The position numbers and the translations under genes were made by a program. Shown here piece by piece: positions 1 to 10,313 of a stretch of DNA of 64,000 nt (positions are counted from its first letter, which is position 1; every line of letters begins with the position of its first letter). The stretch is from positions 4,011 through 68,010 of the forward strand of contig CAJTZQ010000006.1 in NCBI GenBank assembly GCA_910583795.1, written 5' to 3'. The notes under the pieces are model-generated. The model was not told the origin of the DNA, did no database searches, and worked only from the letters and a program-made list of their open reading frames with translations. Origin of the DNA: an uncultured Muribaculaceae bacterium (GTDB lineage: Bacteria > Bacteroidota > Bacteroidia > Bacteroidales > Muribaculaceae).

Positions 1-171
1 ATAGACAACCGACATACCGGTCTGGGCATGTATCGTCTTGAAGAGTTGGTCGATTGTCATCTCCGTGTCAGGGAGATTCAATCGGGTGTCGGGCCCGGCG
101 TGCGTTTCTGCAAACACTGCGACGCGCAATGACAGCAGCAGCAAGAGAGCCAATGTCAGAATTTGTTTCAC
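1..171 (-). CDS. N-terminus (partial, runs off window) of a probable TonB-dependent transducer / SusC-like protein with signal peptide and STN-like domain
   Basis: Not in ORF track. Minus frame from GTG at 171 reads (M)KQILTLALLLLLSLRVAVFAETHAGPDTRLNLPDTEMTIDQLFKTIHAQTGMSVVY; lies directly downstream of fecR-like gene. Confidence 0.7.
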   Translation of the reverse strand, partial: MKQILTLALLLLLSLRVAVFAETHAGPDTRLNLPDTEMTIDQLFKTIHAQTGMSVVY

Positions 172-197
172 GCCATTTTGGTTAGTTAAGGTTAATT

Positions 198-1394
198 TTA
201 TTTATTTTCTTTTACGGTTAGTTTATTGCCTTTTAAGTCAAACTTAACATAGTTTGTCATAGTCAGAATATTTAATAAGTCCATCAGCGGCATATCGCGG
301 GAAATAATACCGCTAAACGATTCATTCTTTACCCTATTGTCGGCGAATGTGACATCAATGCCATACCACAATGAAATCTCATCGAAAAGAGACTCAAGGG
401 AATTGTCGCTGAAATGATACGCTCCCTGGCGCCACCCTATGTAAAGGTCGATATCTTCTTCACGAATATCCAGTTTTCCGGTAGCTGTATCGAATTTACC
501 TGTTTCACCCGGAGTCAGAAGTGTCTCGGCACCTGACACAGCCGGGATTATTGCAACCGAACCCTCCACGAGCGTAGTTGTGGTCATATTGTTGCGCCGG
601 GTATTGACATTGAATTGAGTGCCATATACTTTTACGTCCATATCGCCAGTCGACACGATAAACGGACGGATCGAGTCTTTACTCACCTCGAAATAAGCTT
701 CCCCCCTCAAAATGACGCGGCGTTCGGCATCTTCGAAATAGCTCGGGTATTCAATTTCCGTTCCTGAGTTTAACCAGATGACAGTACCGTCTTCGAGTTT
801 CAGGCAAAGTTCCGCCCCGGGAGCTGTCTCCAACCGATGTTGTTCAGCCGGCTTACGTTTGGAAGGTTCATTGTAGCTTACTATACCGTTTTGAACATCA
901 TATTCCACATCTTCCACATGATTCTCGTAAATTTCCGAGAGTCCATAGGTGGCTTTGCTGCCTATCGACAGACGGATTTTACGGTTTGTCTTTTTCTCAG
1001 TGTAAAGAGGGACTGAATCTGTCTCCTGCTCCGGCAGCGGGATCACAACTTCAGCGATGGGTTGCTGTGCAGGCTCCGCAAGATTGAAAGAATTTGCAAA
1101 ATAGGCGAACGCCACTCCGATCAAAATCAATAAACTTGCCGCGATGAGCACGGCGGAAGAATTCCACCATCTTCTTTGGCGGAATTTCTGTGCAAGGATT
1201 TGATCGAAACTTTCCCTGTAGCCACTTATGACATCGGGAGGAACGACGAAATCATTCCTTTCATGGTAATGGGTTTTCAGACGCTCGAAAAATGCGAGAT
1301 GGTCAGGAGAGCTTGCAAGCCATGTCTCCACTTCATCCGCCTCTTCAGGAGTCAGGGTCCCTTCAATCTTTTTATATAGCAGTTCAGCTTCCAT
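198..1394 (-). CDS. FecR-family anti-sigma factor
   Basis: N-terminal EE..E.WL anti-sigma helix, one TM segment, LEDGTVIWLNSGT and GEAYFEV motifs; adjacent to ECF sigma. Confidence 0.93.
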   Translation of the reverse strand: MEAELLYKKIEGTLTPEEADEVETWLASSPDHLAFFERLKTHYHERNDFVVPPDVISGYRESFDQILAQKFRQRRWWNSSAVLIAASLLILIGVAFAYFANSFNLAEPAQQPIAEVVIPLPEQETDSVPLYTEKKTNRKIRLSIGSKATYGLSEIYENHVEDVEYDVQNGIVSYNEPSKRKPAEQHRLETAPGAELCLKLEDGTVIWLNSGTEIEYPSYFEDAERRVILRGEAYFEVSKDSIRPFIVSTGDMDVKVYGTQFNVNTRRNNMTTTTLVEGSVAIIPAVSGAETLLTPGETGKFDTATGKLDIREEDIDLYIGWRQGAYHFSDNSLESLFDEISLWYGIDVTFADNRVKNESFSGIISRDMPLMDLLNILTMTNYVKFDLKGNKLTVKENK

Positions 1395-1418
1395 TAAAAA
1401 AATCGCTTTTGCATCAAA

Positions 1419-1446
1419 GACACGAAGCGATTGAAAATGGTTTACA
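1419..1446 (-). promoter_or_regulatory. Putative ECF-sigma promoter TGTAAACC-N14-CGTGTC upstream of fecR
   Basis: Same two boxes with the same 14-nt spacing recur upstream of the sigma gene (2244-2271). Confidence 0.7.
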
Positions 1447-1479
1447 ATTTTTAAAGAAAATTTTATAAAAAATTTTAAA

Positions 1480-1640
1480 GAGTTGGGAGTTGGGAGTTGT
1501 GAGTTGGGAGAGTTAAGTTGTGAGGAAAGATTTATCAGGATTGATCGGGATTTATCAGGATTAATCGGAAGAAAACAGGAAAATTGGGAGGAATCGAGAT
1601 TCTATTAATTCAAAATCCAAAATTCAAAATTCAAAATTAA
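1480..1640. repeat. Short tandem repeats (GAGTTGG, GGATTTATCA-like, AATTCAA units)
   Basis: Directly visible in the fecR-sigma intergenic region. Confidence 0.75.
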
Positions 1641-1642
1641 TC

Positions 1643-2167
1643 TCAGATTCCTCTTATTTTTGAAACGGCCCGATGGAGTTGCACTTTTACCGTGCTTATC
1701 GATAAGTTTAATTCCTCTGCGATACTTATAATTTTCATTCCTCCCTTGAATCTCATTTCGCAGATCTTCCGGCAACTTTCCGGAAGATAAGGCATGGCTC
1801 TCTCAAGTTTTTTGGCAAGTTCAGAAAGCTCTTCACTATCGTCAGACGTGGATACGCACAACAGATGCTCATAATACATTCTCAGATTGCGGTCTTCAAG
1901 GTCGAGGTCGCGGAGATAGTTAAGGCATCGGTTTCTCACCGAGATAGTGATATAAGCCGGGAGATTGGTGATATTTTGCAGAATGGATGAGTGGTCATAG
2001 AAGGAGATAAAAACTTCCTGCACTATATCGTTCGCCACGTCGGGATCAAGCACATATGTAAGTGCAAGGGAATAGGATTGTTCAAAGAACCTGTCAAACA
2101 GCTCCTTGAATGCCTTTGCATCACGTTTCTCAAGACGGCGAATCAGTTTATTATAATCAGTACACAT
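1643..2167 (-). CDS. ECF RNA polymerase sigma-70 factor
   Basis: Region 2 (DIVQEVF..VRNRCLNYLR) and region 4 (IAEELNLSISTVKVQLHRA). Confidence 0.93.
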   Translation of the reverse strand: MCTDYNKLIRRLEKRDAKAFKELFDRFFEQSYSLALTYVLDPDVANDIVQEVFISFYDHSSILQNITNLPAYITISVRNRCLNYLRDLDLEDRNLRMYYEHLLCVSTSDDSEELSELAKKLERAMPYLPESCRKICEMRFKGGMKIISIAEELNLSISTVKVQLHRAVSKIRGI

Positions 2168-2243
2168 TTTTTATCCTCATGTCTTTAAGACGACATGTAA
2201 GGTTAGTATCCATGCCTAAGGAAAATCCATCGGTCTGTGCAAT

Positions 2244-2271
2244 GACACGGATTTGTGAAAAAAGGTTTACA
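2244..2271 (-). promoter_or_regulatory. Putative autoregulatory ECF promoter TGTAAACC-N14-CGTGTC
   Basis: Matches the motif at 1419-1446. Confidence 0.65.
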
Positions 2272-2360
2272 AAATTATAGAAAAATTTACAAATCTCTTT
2301 TTATGCATCCTGCAGGCTTCATATCCCTTGACATAAGCACACGGAAGCGGTATCTATTTT

Positions 2361-2415
2361 ATTCAACTTTCGCAAGCGAAAGTTGAGGGTTATGTAGTTA
2401 TGAGGTTAATCTCCA
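2361..2415 (-). repeat. REP-like hairpin TCAACTTTCGC-AA-GCGAAAGTTGA with adjacent TAACC(C/T) heptamers
   Basis: Perfect 11-bp stem; reverse complement closely matches 55975-56037. Confidence 0.8.
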
Positions 2416-2532
2416 ATTGTGGATAATTATCCTACTTCCTTGAATCTTATGTATAAACCTAACCCTTTAACCCCTTAACCTTCAACCCTTAAGTGAGCTT
2501 GCGAAACTTAAATATTTTATAATACCCATAAC

Positions 2533-2562
2533 AAAAAAAGACCCTGAAACCAAGGTCTTTTT
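2533..2562 (-). terminator. Probable intrinsic terminator
   Basis: AAAAAGACC/GGTCTTTTT stem with T-run on minus strand, downstream of 2636..4066. Confidence 0.6.
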
Positions 2563-2635
2563 GCAAATACGGTTTTCACCGGTTTATGTTTCGAAGTTGT
2601 TTAAACTTTTTACGGAGATTGATTTTCAATGGAGT

Positions 2636-4066
2636 TTATCCCTTTTTATAATTTCGGAGGTCAGTCGAGCCCTGCGGCGAACCGTCGTCAAGAAGCTCTT
2701 CTATCGTGGTCTCAAGTTTTTTATTTTCCGCCTCCAGTCCACGGGTTTTATTGAGGAGTCTAAAATGGCTTCTGTAGAGATACATCAACCCGATGGCAAG
2801 AAGAAAGAGTGCGATAAGGGTGACGCTGATAATCTTTTGGTTGGTGGCGAGTTCAAGATTCTTTTTTTCCACCTCCATCGTTGCCATAGCCGATTTCAAC
2901 TGGTTGACATTATATCGCATCTGAAGCTCCACATACGCATCCTCCGATTTCTGTTTCCTTGATTCAATAAGCACGTCGTTGTAGTCTTCCAAAGCTTTTA
3001 GCTTTGAGACGTGATCATTTGCCGAATCAGCCACCTCGATAAGCCGCAAGAGCGCCCGGTTCCTCACGCCTTCATTGGTGGCATTATCCACCACCTTACG
3101 TAAATAAGGGAGCGCACCGGAATAATCCTTATCTACAAGAAGCCTGTAGGCTGTAGGGCGAGGATCCACCTCGAAAGATTCTCCAATTTCCTGATCTTTT
3201 TCAGCGAGCATGGCACACTTAGAATAAAGTTCTTTCACTTCATCCATATCAAGCACCTCATAGTTGCTCAACATCCTCCTATAACAAATATAGTAGTTGC
3301 GATCGTAATTACGATACTTTCTTCCTACATTTTTATAATGCTTCTCCAGATTTTTGATTATCTCAAGCAATTTGCGGTCGCATTCAACCGCTTTCTCCTG
3401 AAAATCTATGCTGCTGTAGTAGGTTGCCGCAGTGGTGTAAAAAAGGCTTTTAAGGAAAGGGATCTCCTCCGGGCATTCATTAATCAGCTTTTCAAGACGC
3501 CCGAGATACTCCAGATACATATTTCCCGTTGTGGTGTGGCGAATAAAAATCACAACCCTATAGAGGTCAAGTATGTCCTGATAGATATCTTGCTTCGGGG
3601 TCAGATCTTCCTTCACATACTCCATCAGCACCTTCATCCGCTCCTCGCCTTCAAGATAACGCGCCTCACCCAAAGCTTTCTGCACATTTACGAAAAGCTC
3701 TACTCGTTTTCGTAAAGGTTCATCCTTAATATTGGATGTCATTGAGACCAATCGATCGATAACGTTACGGTCGCGCACCTCAAGCACCGACAGCTGACGG
3801 AGTATGTCTGCCTGCGACTCATCATCACCGGTTCTTCTGGCTATGTCAAGAATCTTCCACGCCACCCCCGATTTGGACTGCATGGGGGCAAGATCAAACG
3901 CGTCATACAGGATGCGGATGCTGTCGGATGCCGATTGCCCTTCACCTAAGGTGGCAATGATACGGTCGGCTGAAGCCTGCTGCTCCACAATTGAAGAGGT
4001 GACGGCATGAGAAGTAAACCCACATGCCATTAATAAAAATAGGGAAATTAATTTAAAACGGTTCAC
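2636..4066 (-). CDS. Secreted helical (TPR-like) protein with C-terminal TM anchor; resembles a sensor domain without a kinase
   Basis: Signal peptide, alpha-helical body, ELQMRYNV coiled coil, TM near the C-terminus, short cytoplasmic tail. Confidence 0.6.
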   Translation of the reverse strand: MNRFKLISLFLLMACGFTSHAVTSSIVEQQASADRIIATLGEGQSASDSIRILYDAFDLAPMQSKSGVAWKILDIARRTGDDESQADILRQLSVLEVRDRNVIDRLVSMTSNIKDEPLRKRVELFVNVQKALGEARYLEGEERMKVLMEYVKEDLTPKQDIYQDILDLYRVVIFIRHTTTGNMYLEYLGRLEKLINECPEEIPFLKSLFYTTAATYYSSIDFQEKAVECDRKLLEIIKNLEKHYKNVGRKYRNYDRNYYICYRRMLSNYEVLDMDEVKELYSKCAMLAEKDQEIGESFEVDPRPTAYRLLVDKDYSGALPYLRKVVDNATNEGVRNRALLRLIEVADSANDHVSKLKALEDYNDVLIESRKQKSEDAYVELQMRYNVNQLKSAMATMEVEKKNLELATNQKIISVTLIALFLLAIGLMYLYRSHFRLLNKTRGLEAENKKLETTIEELLDDGSPQGSTDLRNYKKG

Positions 4067-4235
4067 TTAGTTAAATTTTATAGCAAGGCTATTATGGGAA
4101 ATGTGCTGATTTGTCATTACAGGGTTGCATAAGGGGAACCCGAGCAATGAATAAAATCTAAATTGCAAAATTACTTATTTTTTTTTACCTTTTCCGCATT
4201 ATCGAATTAAAAAAAGTTTAAATGACTTCAATTTT

Positions 4236-6110
4236 TTATTCCGGCTTACGCTTCACCTCATCCACATCTTTTATTCCATAGATATGGCTGATTATCTTCT
4301 GCAGCTCGGAGTAGGAGTGAACCCCGAAAGAGAGCTGGCTTGTCACTATCGAATCCTGACAAGTAGAGTTGTAGGAATCTATATTCAGGTTAAGTTTGTT
4401 GGATATACAGTCTACGATATCAAGGAAAAGATGATGGCGGTCTACCGCCTTCACTGTCACTGTGACCGGATAAAGGGTATCGTCAGGTTCAAACTCCACG
4501 CTGACAATATCATCACCGAATTGCGAAGCAAGACGTATCGCTATGGGGCAATCACGCTTATGAAGTGTAAGTATGCCGTCTTTCCCTCGAAATCCAACCA
4601 CCTCTTCTCCGGGGATAGGGCGGCAGCAATCGCATCGTTTAAATTTCGGCATGGGAAGGGAATCCAGATATGACTCGATGGCGTTCTTAGCCTTATAGCT
4701 CACCACGGTATTCAGCCATTCCTCTACCGGATGGGAAGTCGGGGAAGTGAATATCTCCACCACGTCGCCACGTCGCAACGGCGCTTTTATTGACGAGAGG
4801 AAACCGTTGATGCGGGCATATTTGGCATGGTCGCCCACCTCTGAAGAGATCTCATAGGCGAAATCGAGCACTGATGATTTCTGGGGAAGCACCACTGCCT
4901 TACCTTTCGGGGTGAAGACCATGATATCGTCGTTGTAGAAAGACGATGTCACTTTCTCCATGAAATCAATCCCCTCGGAGTGTTCCCCGATTTCTCTGAG
5001 AACCCCGCGGAACTTGTCGACCCATCGCCCGATATAGTCTTGTGAACGTTCAGCCTGATAGCCGAGCCGGGAATTGCGCGTCATCCTTTCGCTCGATATA
5101 TGCACCTCCTGCCATCTGCCGAAATCGGCAAGCAGTTTCACATGGAAGCTCTGATAGCCGTTTTCCTTGGGGGAATCGATATAGTTGGAAATTCCTCCCG
5201 GCTTTTCCCTAAACCGGTCGGTAAGCACGGAATAGATGCGGAGCGCAATGTCTTTTTCATCTTCCCCTTCCGGGGTGGTGTAGATGATATCGGTGAAATG
5301 ACGGTATTTAAGATGGTTGAAGTCATCGCCGAACTTATGCATCTTTCTCCACACACTATACGGTTCACGATATTCCACAGCCACTTTCACTGAAATACCT
5401 GCCTCTGCAAGGGTTGCCTCAAGCTGTATGCGGAACTGTTCGAGGCGTTCTTCCTGCTGGCGTTTGTCTTCTTCTATGAGGTTTGAGATCTCCTCGAATT
5501 CATGCGGGCAACGGAACCGGAAACTGAGATTTTCAAGTTCCGTCTTTACATGATAAAGCCCCAGACGGTTGGCGAGTGGGGCATAGAAATAGTCTGTCTC
5601 TCCGGCAATCTTCATCTGTTTGTCGGGACGCATAGAGGAGAGGGTACGCATGTTGTGAAGTCGGTCGGCAAGTTTCACCATGATGGGACGTATGTCGCGC
5701 TGCATGGCGTTGAGCATCTGCTTGAAATTGTCGACCTGTTTGCTCATGTCGTAGTTTTTCTTTTCCTTTTTTGTGAGCACGTTCACAAGGAAAGCCACAT
5801 CGTCGCCGAAACGGGACTGAAGTTCCTCTAACGGGTGAGGGGTGTCTTCCACCACATCATGGAGGAAAGCGGCGATCACGGAGTTGACATCGAGATGAAG
5901 TTCTTCGGCAGCGATGTTCGCCACCGCTATGGGATGGAGGATATAGGGTTCACCGGTTTTTCTTACCTGTGGGGCGTGCGCCTCGCGTGCCAGTTCGAAA
6001 GCGTCGCGCAGTCTCACAAGGTCTGCATCCGCCGTGCGCGGTGCCATCACGTCGATCACGTGTTGTGCGCGTTCTTCTATTATCTTGTCATAGTCCATGT
6101 CCATAGCCAT
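4236..6110 (-). CDS. RelA/SpoT-family (long RSH) protein: HD hydrolase, synthetase-like, TGS and ACT domains
   Basis: GEPYILHP, FLHDVVED, KLADRLHNMRT, YQSFH, VFTPKG..LP..S.LDFAY, CCRPIPGE. Confidence 0.93.
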   Translation of the reverse strand: MAMDMDYDKIIEERAQHVIDVMAPRTADADLVRLRDAFELAREAHAPQVRKTGEPYILHPIAVANIAAEELHLDVNSVIAAFLHDVVEDTPHPLEELQSRFGDDVAFLVNVLTKKEKKNYDMSKQVDNFKQMLNAMQRDIRPIMVKLADRLHNMRTLSSMRPDKQMKIAGETDYFYAPLANRLGLYHVKTELENLSFRFRCPHEFEEISNLIEEDKRQQEERLEQFRIQLEATLAEAGISVKVAVEYREPYSVWRKMHKFGDDFNHLKYRHFTDIIYTTPEGEDEKDIALRIYSVLTDRFREKPGGISNYIDSPKENGYQSFHVKLLADFGRWQEVHISSERMTRNSRLGYQAERSQDYIGRWVDKFRGVLREIGEHSEGIDFMEKVTSSFYNDDIMVFTPKGKAVVLPQKSSVLDFAYEISSEVGDHAKYARINGFLSSIKAPLRRGDVVEIFTSPTSHPVEEWLNTVVSYKAKNAIESYLDSLPMPKFKRCDCCRPIPGEEVVGFRGKDGILTLHKRDCPIAIRLASQFGDDIVSVEFEPDDTLYPVTVTVKAVDRHHLFLDIVDCISNKLNLNIDSYNSTCQDSIVTSQLSFGVHSYSELQKIISHIYGIKDVDEVKRKPE

Positions 6111-6267
6111 CTAAAATCTCGGGAGCAATATTTCGGCAAATATAACGATTCCTCCTCAAATTTACAATAGCCACACCCCAATCTTTCAGAAAAATCCTAC
6201 AATGAAATCCCTCCGGTAAACGATACGGTCATTAGGCATTTCATAGTTTATATAAATCTACCATTTT

Positions 6268-7839
6268 CTAAATTGCATTATAAGCAGGATCTGAAACCCA
6301 TTCGGATATAGTCCGAGAGACTGTTGAAAAGTTTGCCCCGATTTTGATTATCCTGCGGTTTCCTGTTTTAAAAGGAAGAGCGTATTCCTTGTTTTCAATT
6401 TGATCAAGAGCTTCCTTTGCCGAGCCGTCAAGCTTCAGTTCTATAATGTAATAAAACTTTTCAGTCACTACAAAAAGATCTATTCTGCCATTAGATGTGC
6501 GATACTCAGTCCTGACATCAAGCCCCACAAGCATCATCAATATCAACAATGCATTGTGAATGTTTTGCTCCCGTTCCATCTCCATATCATAAGGAACGGC
6601 AGAAAACATGCTTTTCAACCTTCCCATAAATGCCTGTACATCTCCCCTATTGAGTTCATTTACAAATTCAACAACGAAAAAACGGGTGTCATACTGATGC
6701 AAATTGGCATATACAGGCAACAGATAAGAAAGGAAACCTTCTTCCACTTCCCTGTTTGGCAACCCCAACGTATATATATCGGTAGCCTGATCATACCCCT
6801 TTATTGTAAGATATCCACTCTGATATAGCAACGCAACCGGTCTTGGATTATCATAATCAAGACCTTTCATCGCTTCCAGACTGCATTTGGTATTAATCAA
6901 CTTATTCAGATCTGCATTGCAATGCTTAAGTTGTTCTTTAAGAAGTGTAGGCTGTCCGGATTCTATCCAATAATTGCCATATCTCTCCTTATCCATCACT
7001 TTCATAAGAGAATAAGGATTATACATTTCCTTACCCTCTGAAGAAAAGCGATATCCGTCATAACGCCTTTTTAATTCCGCACAGGTTTCCTCAGGAAGAG
7101 TATTATATTTTTGACTCAGAGTCTCGATTCCTATCTGAAAATTACTCAGCAACTCCTCTTCTGATATCCCACATATATCACTGTACGCATCATCAAACGA
7201 TATATCATCGATATTATTAAGTCCTGAAAAAACGCTCAGCTTCCCAAAACGGCTCACACCGGTAAGGAAAACCATCCTTATATAGTCGGCACCGCTCTTG
7301 AAATTTGAATATAATGCCGACAATTGATTGCGGAATTGCTCAAAACGTTCGGAATCATTAAGGTTGTTGACAAGAGGTTTGTCATATTCATCAACAAGTA
7401 TTACAGCTCTTCTACCGGTTTTCTGATATGCAAGTCTCAACAAATGTTCAAACCTCTCACCGACTTCCCGGTCTGCATATTGATTTCCATACTTATCTTC
7501 CCACTCTTCAAGATGACGATGCAACCGTTGAGTTAAATTCTCCCCATCTGTATATTCCCCGGTATTCAGATCGAGATAAAAAACCGGATATTCCTGCCAG
7601 TCCCATTCCATACTGTCGGCATATAAACCCTTAAAAAGATGGCGTTTCGCTTGAAAAAAGCATTTAAGCGTAGACAAAAAAAGACTCTTCCCGAATCTCC
7701 GGGGCCGACTCAGGAAATAATAATTGCCGCCAAACAATAGTTCTTCGATAAAACGGGTCTTGTCAATATATAGCCTGTTCTGTTCCCGCAAAACCTCAAA
7801 AGACTGTTGTCCGACAGGATATCTGACTCTCTTTGCCAT
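6268..7839 (-). CDS. AAA-ATPase-like protein with C-terminal PD-(D/E)XK nuclease domain
   Basis: SRPRRFGKS Walker A, ILVDEYD Walker B, GRIDL..IIELK. Confidence 0.92.
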   Translation of the reverse strand: MAKRVRYPVGQQSFEVLREQNRLYIDKTRFIEELLFGGNYYFLSRPRRFGKSLFLSTLKCFFQAKRHLFKGLYADSMEWDWQEYPVFYLDLNTGEYTDGENLTQRLHRHLEEWEDKYGNQYADREVGERFEHLLRLAYQKTGRRAVILVDEYDKPLVNNLNDSERFEQFRNQLSALYSNFKSGADYIRMVFLTGVSRFGKLSVFSGLNNIDDISFDDAYSDICGISEEELLSNFQIGIETLSQKYNTLPEETCAELKRRYDGYRFSSEGKEMYNPYSLMKVMDKERYGNYWIESGQPTLLKEQLKHCNADLNKLINTKCSLEAMKGLDYDNPRPVALLYQSGYLTIKGYDQATDIYTLGLPNREVEEGFLSYLLPVYANLHQYDTRFFVVEFVNELNRGDVQAFMGRLKSMFSAVPYDMEMEREQNIHNALLILMMLVGLDVRTEYRTSNGRIDLFVVTEKFYYIIELKLDGSAKEALDQIENKEYALPFKTGNRRIIKIGANFSTVSRTISEWVSDPAYNAI

Positions 7840-7997
7840 ATCAATAAATTTTACCCAAATTTATATAATTATTCTCACAATATAAATACATCTTAGCCAT
7901 TTAACTCATATTAACACTTAATTTTGATTATATCTTTGTATGATAAAAACATATTGTCTAACTTTGTGTTGACATCATAAACAAAACACATATTATT

Positions 7998-8150
7998 ATG
8001 AAACCAATCGACAAACCCCATGATAATAATGATTGGATGAAACAAAGTTTCCATTCGGAGAACTTGCATACCCATAAGGTCAGACTTACTCCGGTATCAG
8101 AAGAGGAACGCGAAAAATATAGAGTTCCCTCTTATGGTTATATACTCTGA
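7998..8150 (+). CDS. Small hypothetical protein (50 aa)
   Basis: Below ORF-track cutoff: MKPIDKPHDNNDWMKQSFHSENLHTHKVRLTPVSEEEREKYRVPSYGYIL; TAACTTTG element upstream; next ATG follows 2 nt after the stop. Confidence 0.55.
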   Translation: MKPIDKPHDNNDWMKQSFHSENLHTHKVRLTPVSEEEREKYRVPSYGYIL

Positions 8151-8152
8151 CT

Positions 8153-8722
8153 ATGCTAAATTTTTTATAATGCGTCTATAATTATGCGAACCGAAGATCC
8201 ATCTTCGCTTCGCATTGTTGATTTATGGACTTTCCGTTCCATTAAAAGCAATAAAAGATACATCGTAGAGATCGAACACTTTTCAAACAATTTTTTCGGA
8301 ATCAAATTTTATTGGAAAGGGGTTGCCAATAGCAAAAAACGGTATTCTTTTTTAACTAACGACAACGAGCCAAGAACCATTGTTATATGTCATGTATTCA
8401 AATAATGCTTAAATATCATGAGAACCATCCCTTAGCTTCCTTTGGATTTGTAGCAGCAGAAGATAATCAACATAACAACGCAACATTACATAATACTACT
8501 ATTCAAAACAACTGTATCAATAAACGATTCCGGTTTTATCGCCGTATGATGCTTTCTTTATTCAGTCCGGAAAAATTTTGTCAATATTCTGACAAAAAAT
8601 CCAATATCTATCTTCTTCTGAACAAATATACCTTAAGACAAAGACATATTACCCTTCAAATGATAGAAAAAGAAATAGAAGCCTTATATGAAGGAGAATA
8701 TTCAATCACTCCCGAAGATTAA
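8153..8722 (+). pseudogene. Frameshifted hypothetical gene (fragments 8184..8405 and 8387..8722)
   Basis: Removing one T from the T6 run at 8161-8166 and AT at 8385-8386 gives one ORF: MLNFYNASIIMRTED..NEPRTIVMSCIQIM.. Confidence 0.7.
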
Positions 8723-8737
8723 TTAATTTGGAGAGGT

Positions 8738-10114
8738 CTACCCGAATACCTTGGCGAGGAGGATAACCGCGATAAGGACAGGCGCGATATATTTCACAAT
8801 GAACATTATCGCCGGAATAAAGGTGGCCGACAAGGTGCCGTGGTTGGAAAGCTCCTTGCGGAAAAACTGCTTCGGCGCAAACCATCCAAGATATATACAC
8901 GTCAATATGGCGACTGTCGGGAGCATATAGTTGGTTGCCACAGTGTCAAGGAAATCAAACAGGTTCATACCTGCTATCTTGAAATCGGCAAGCACTCCCT
9001 GTGAAAGCGAACATAAAGTGCTCAACACAGTCAAAGGAAGCATAACCCATACACATGCCTTCGTCCTTGACAAACCGAAACGGTCTTGCATAAAAGCGAT
9101 CGAGACCTCGGCAAGAGATATGGTGGAAGTAAGAGCCGCCACGGCAAGCAGAAGGAAAAAGAGAGCAGACCACAATTGAGTCAAAGGCATACGAGCAAAC
9201 ACCTCCGGAAGAGTGACAAACACCAATGTCGCACCCTCAAGACTCTCCCCGTCAAGACCGAACGACATCACTGCCGGAAATATGATAAAACCCATCAACA
9301 ACGCCACCAAGAGATCAAGCCCCGACACAGTGAGCGCAGTGTTGGCAAGATTGGTCTTACGAGGGAAATAACCGGAATAAGTGATAAGAATACCCATACC
9401 GAGCGAAAGCGAGAAGAAAGCCTGTCCGAGAGCGTTGATCACAACCCCGGGAGTAATCTTTGAGAAATCGGGGTTAAGGAAAAAAGCAAGTCCTTCGAAT
9501 GCCTTCGGGAAAGTCATCGCAACACATGCAAACACCAACAGAAGCAAGAACAGAACAGGCATCATCACATTACTCATTTTCTCTATTCCTTTCTGCACCC
9601 CCTTGAGAAGGATGAAAAGGTTGACTGCTATCATGATATAAGTCATGACAAGAGGTTTCCAACTGCCGGTGATATATTCACCCATGCGTGCGTGAAAAGA
9701 CGCAGCCATCGGGTCAGCAGCCGTTTCCGAACCTGCCACAGGGGCATAAAGATTGCCTGTGATCGACTGCCAGAGATATTCGAGTGTCCATCCAGCCACA
9801 ACCATGTAGAACGACAAAATAAGGTAAGAGGCAAGAATCGCAAGCGCACCTATGCCCCACCACTTTTTCCCCGGCGATAGTTTCATAAACGCTCCTACAG
9901 CATCACTATTCGTGCCGCGTCCAAGAGAAAATTCCGCAAGCATAACGGGAATGCCAAGAAGAAGCACACAAAGTATATAAACAATCAGAAACGCCGCACC
10001 ACCGTTTGCCTGGGCCTCCGCAGGGAATCTCCATACATTACCAAGTCCTACTGCAGAACCGACCGTAGCGGCTATAAGTCCGATACGGCTTCCGAATTTC
10101 GCCTTTTTTACCAT
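8738..10114 (-). CDS. Sodium-dependent transporter, NSS/SNF family
   Basis: GSAVGLGNVWRFP, NGGAAFL, GQAFFSLSLG motifs; many TM segments. Confidence 0.95.
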   Translation of the reverse strand: MVKKAKFGSRIGLIAATVGSAVGLGNVWRFPAEAQANGGAAFLIVYILCVLLLGIPVMLAEFSLGRGTNSDAVGAFMKLSPGKKWWGIGALAILASYLILSFYMVVAGWTLEYLWQSITGNLYAPVAGSETAADPMAASFHARMGEYITGSWKPLVMTYIMIAVNLFILLKGVQKGIEKMSNVMMPVLFLLLLVFACVAMTFPKAFEGLAFFLNPDFSKITPGVVINALGQAFFSLSLGMGILITYSGYFPRKTNLANTALTVSGLDLLVALLMGFIIFPAVMSFGLDGESLEGATLVFVTLPEVFARMPLTQLWSALFFLLLAVAALTSTISLAEVSIAFMQDRFGLSRTKACVWVMLPLTVLSTLCSLSQGVLADFKIAGMNLFDFLDTVATNYMLPTVAILTCIYLGWFAPKQFFRKELSNHGTLSATFIPAIMFIVKYIAPVLIAVILLAKVFG

Positions 10115-10179
10115 ATTTTACCTGTTTTTAGGGTCTTTCCCTATTTATAACGCAAAATTAATAAAAAAGTCGCAATTTC

Positions 10180-10250
10180 GTTGTCTGTTTTCCGTTGTCC
10201 GTTTTCCGTTGTCTGTTTTCCGTTGTCTATTGTCAGGTTCCCGTTGTCCC
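10180..10250. repeat. 14-bp tandem repeat GTTGTC(T/C)GTTTTCC
   Basis: Three near-exact copies plus degenerate copies in the intergenic region. Confidence 0.8.
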
Positions 10251-10313
10251 TTATTCATTATATTAGCTTAATATCCCGACATACTTCAATTATGCATCAT
10301 GAATTATGCATTA

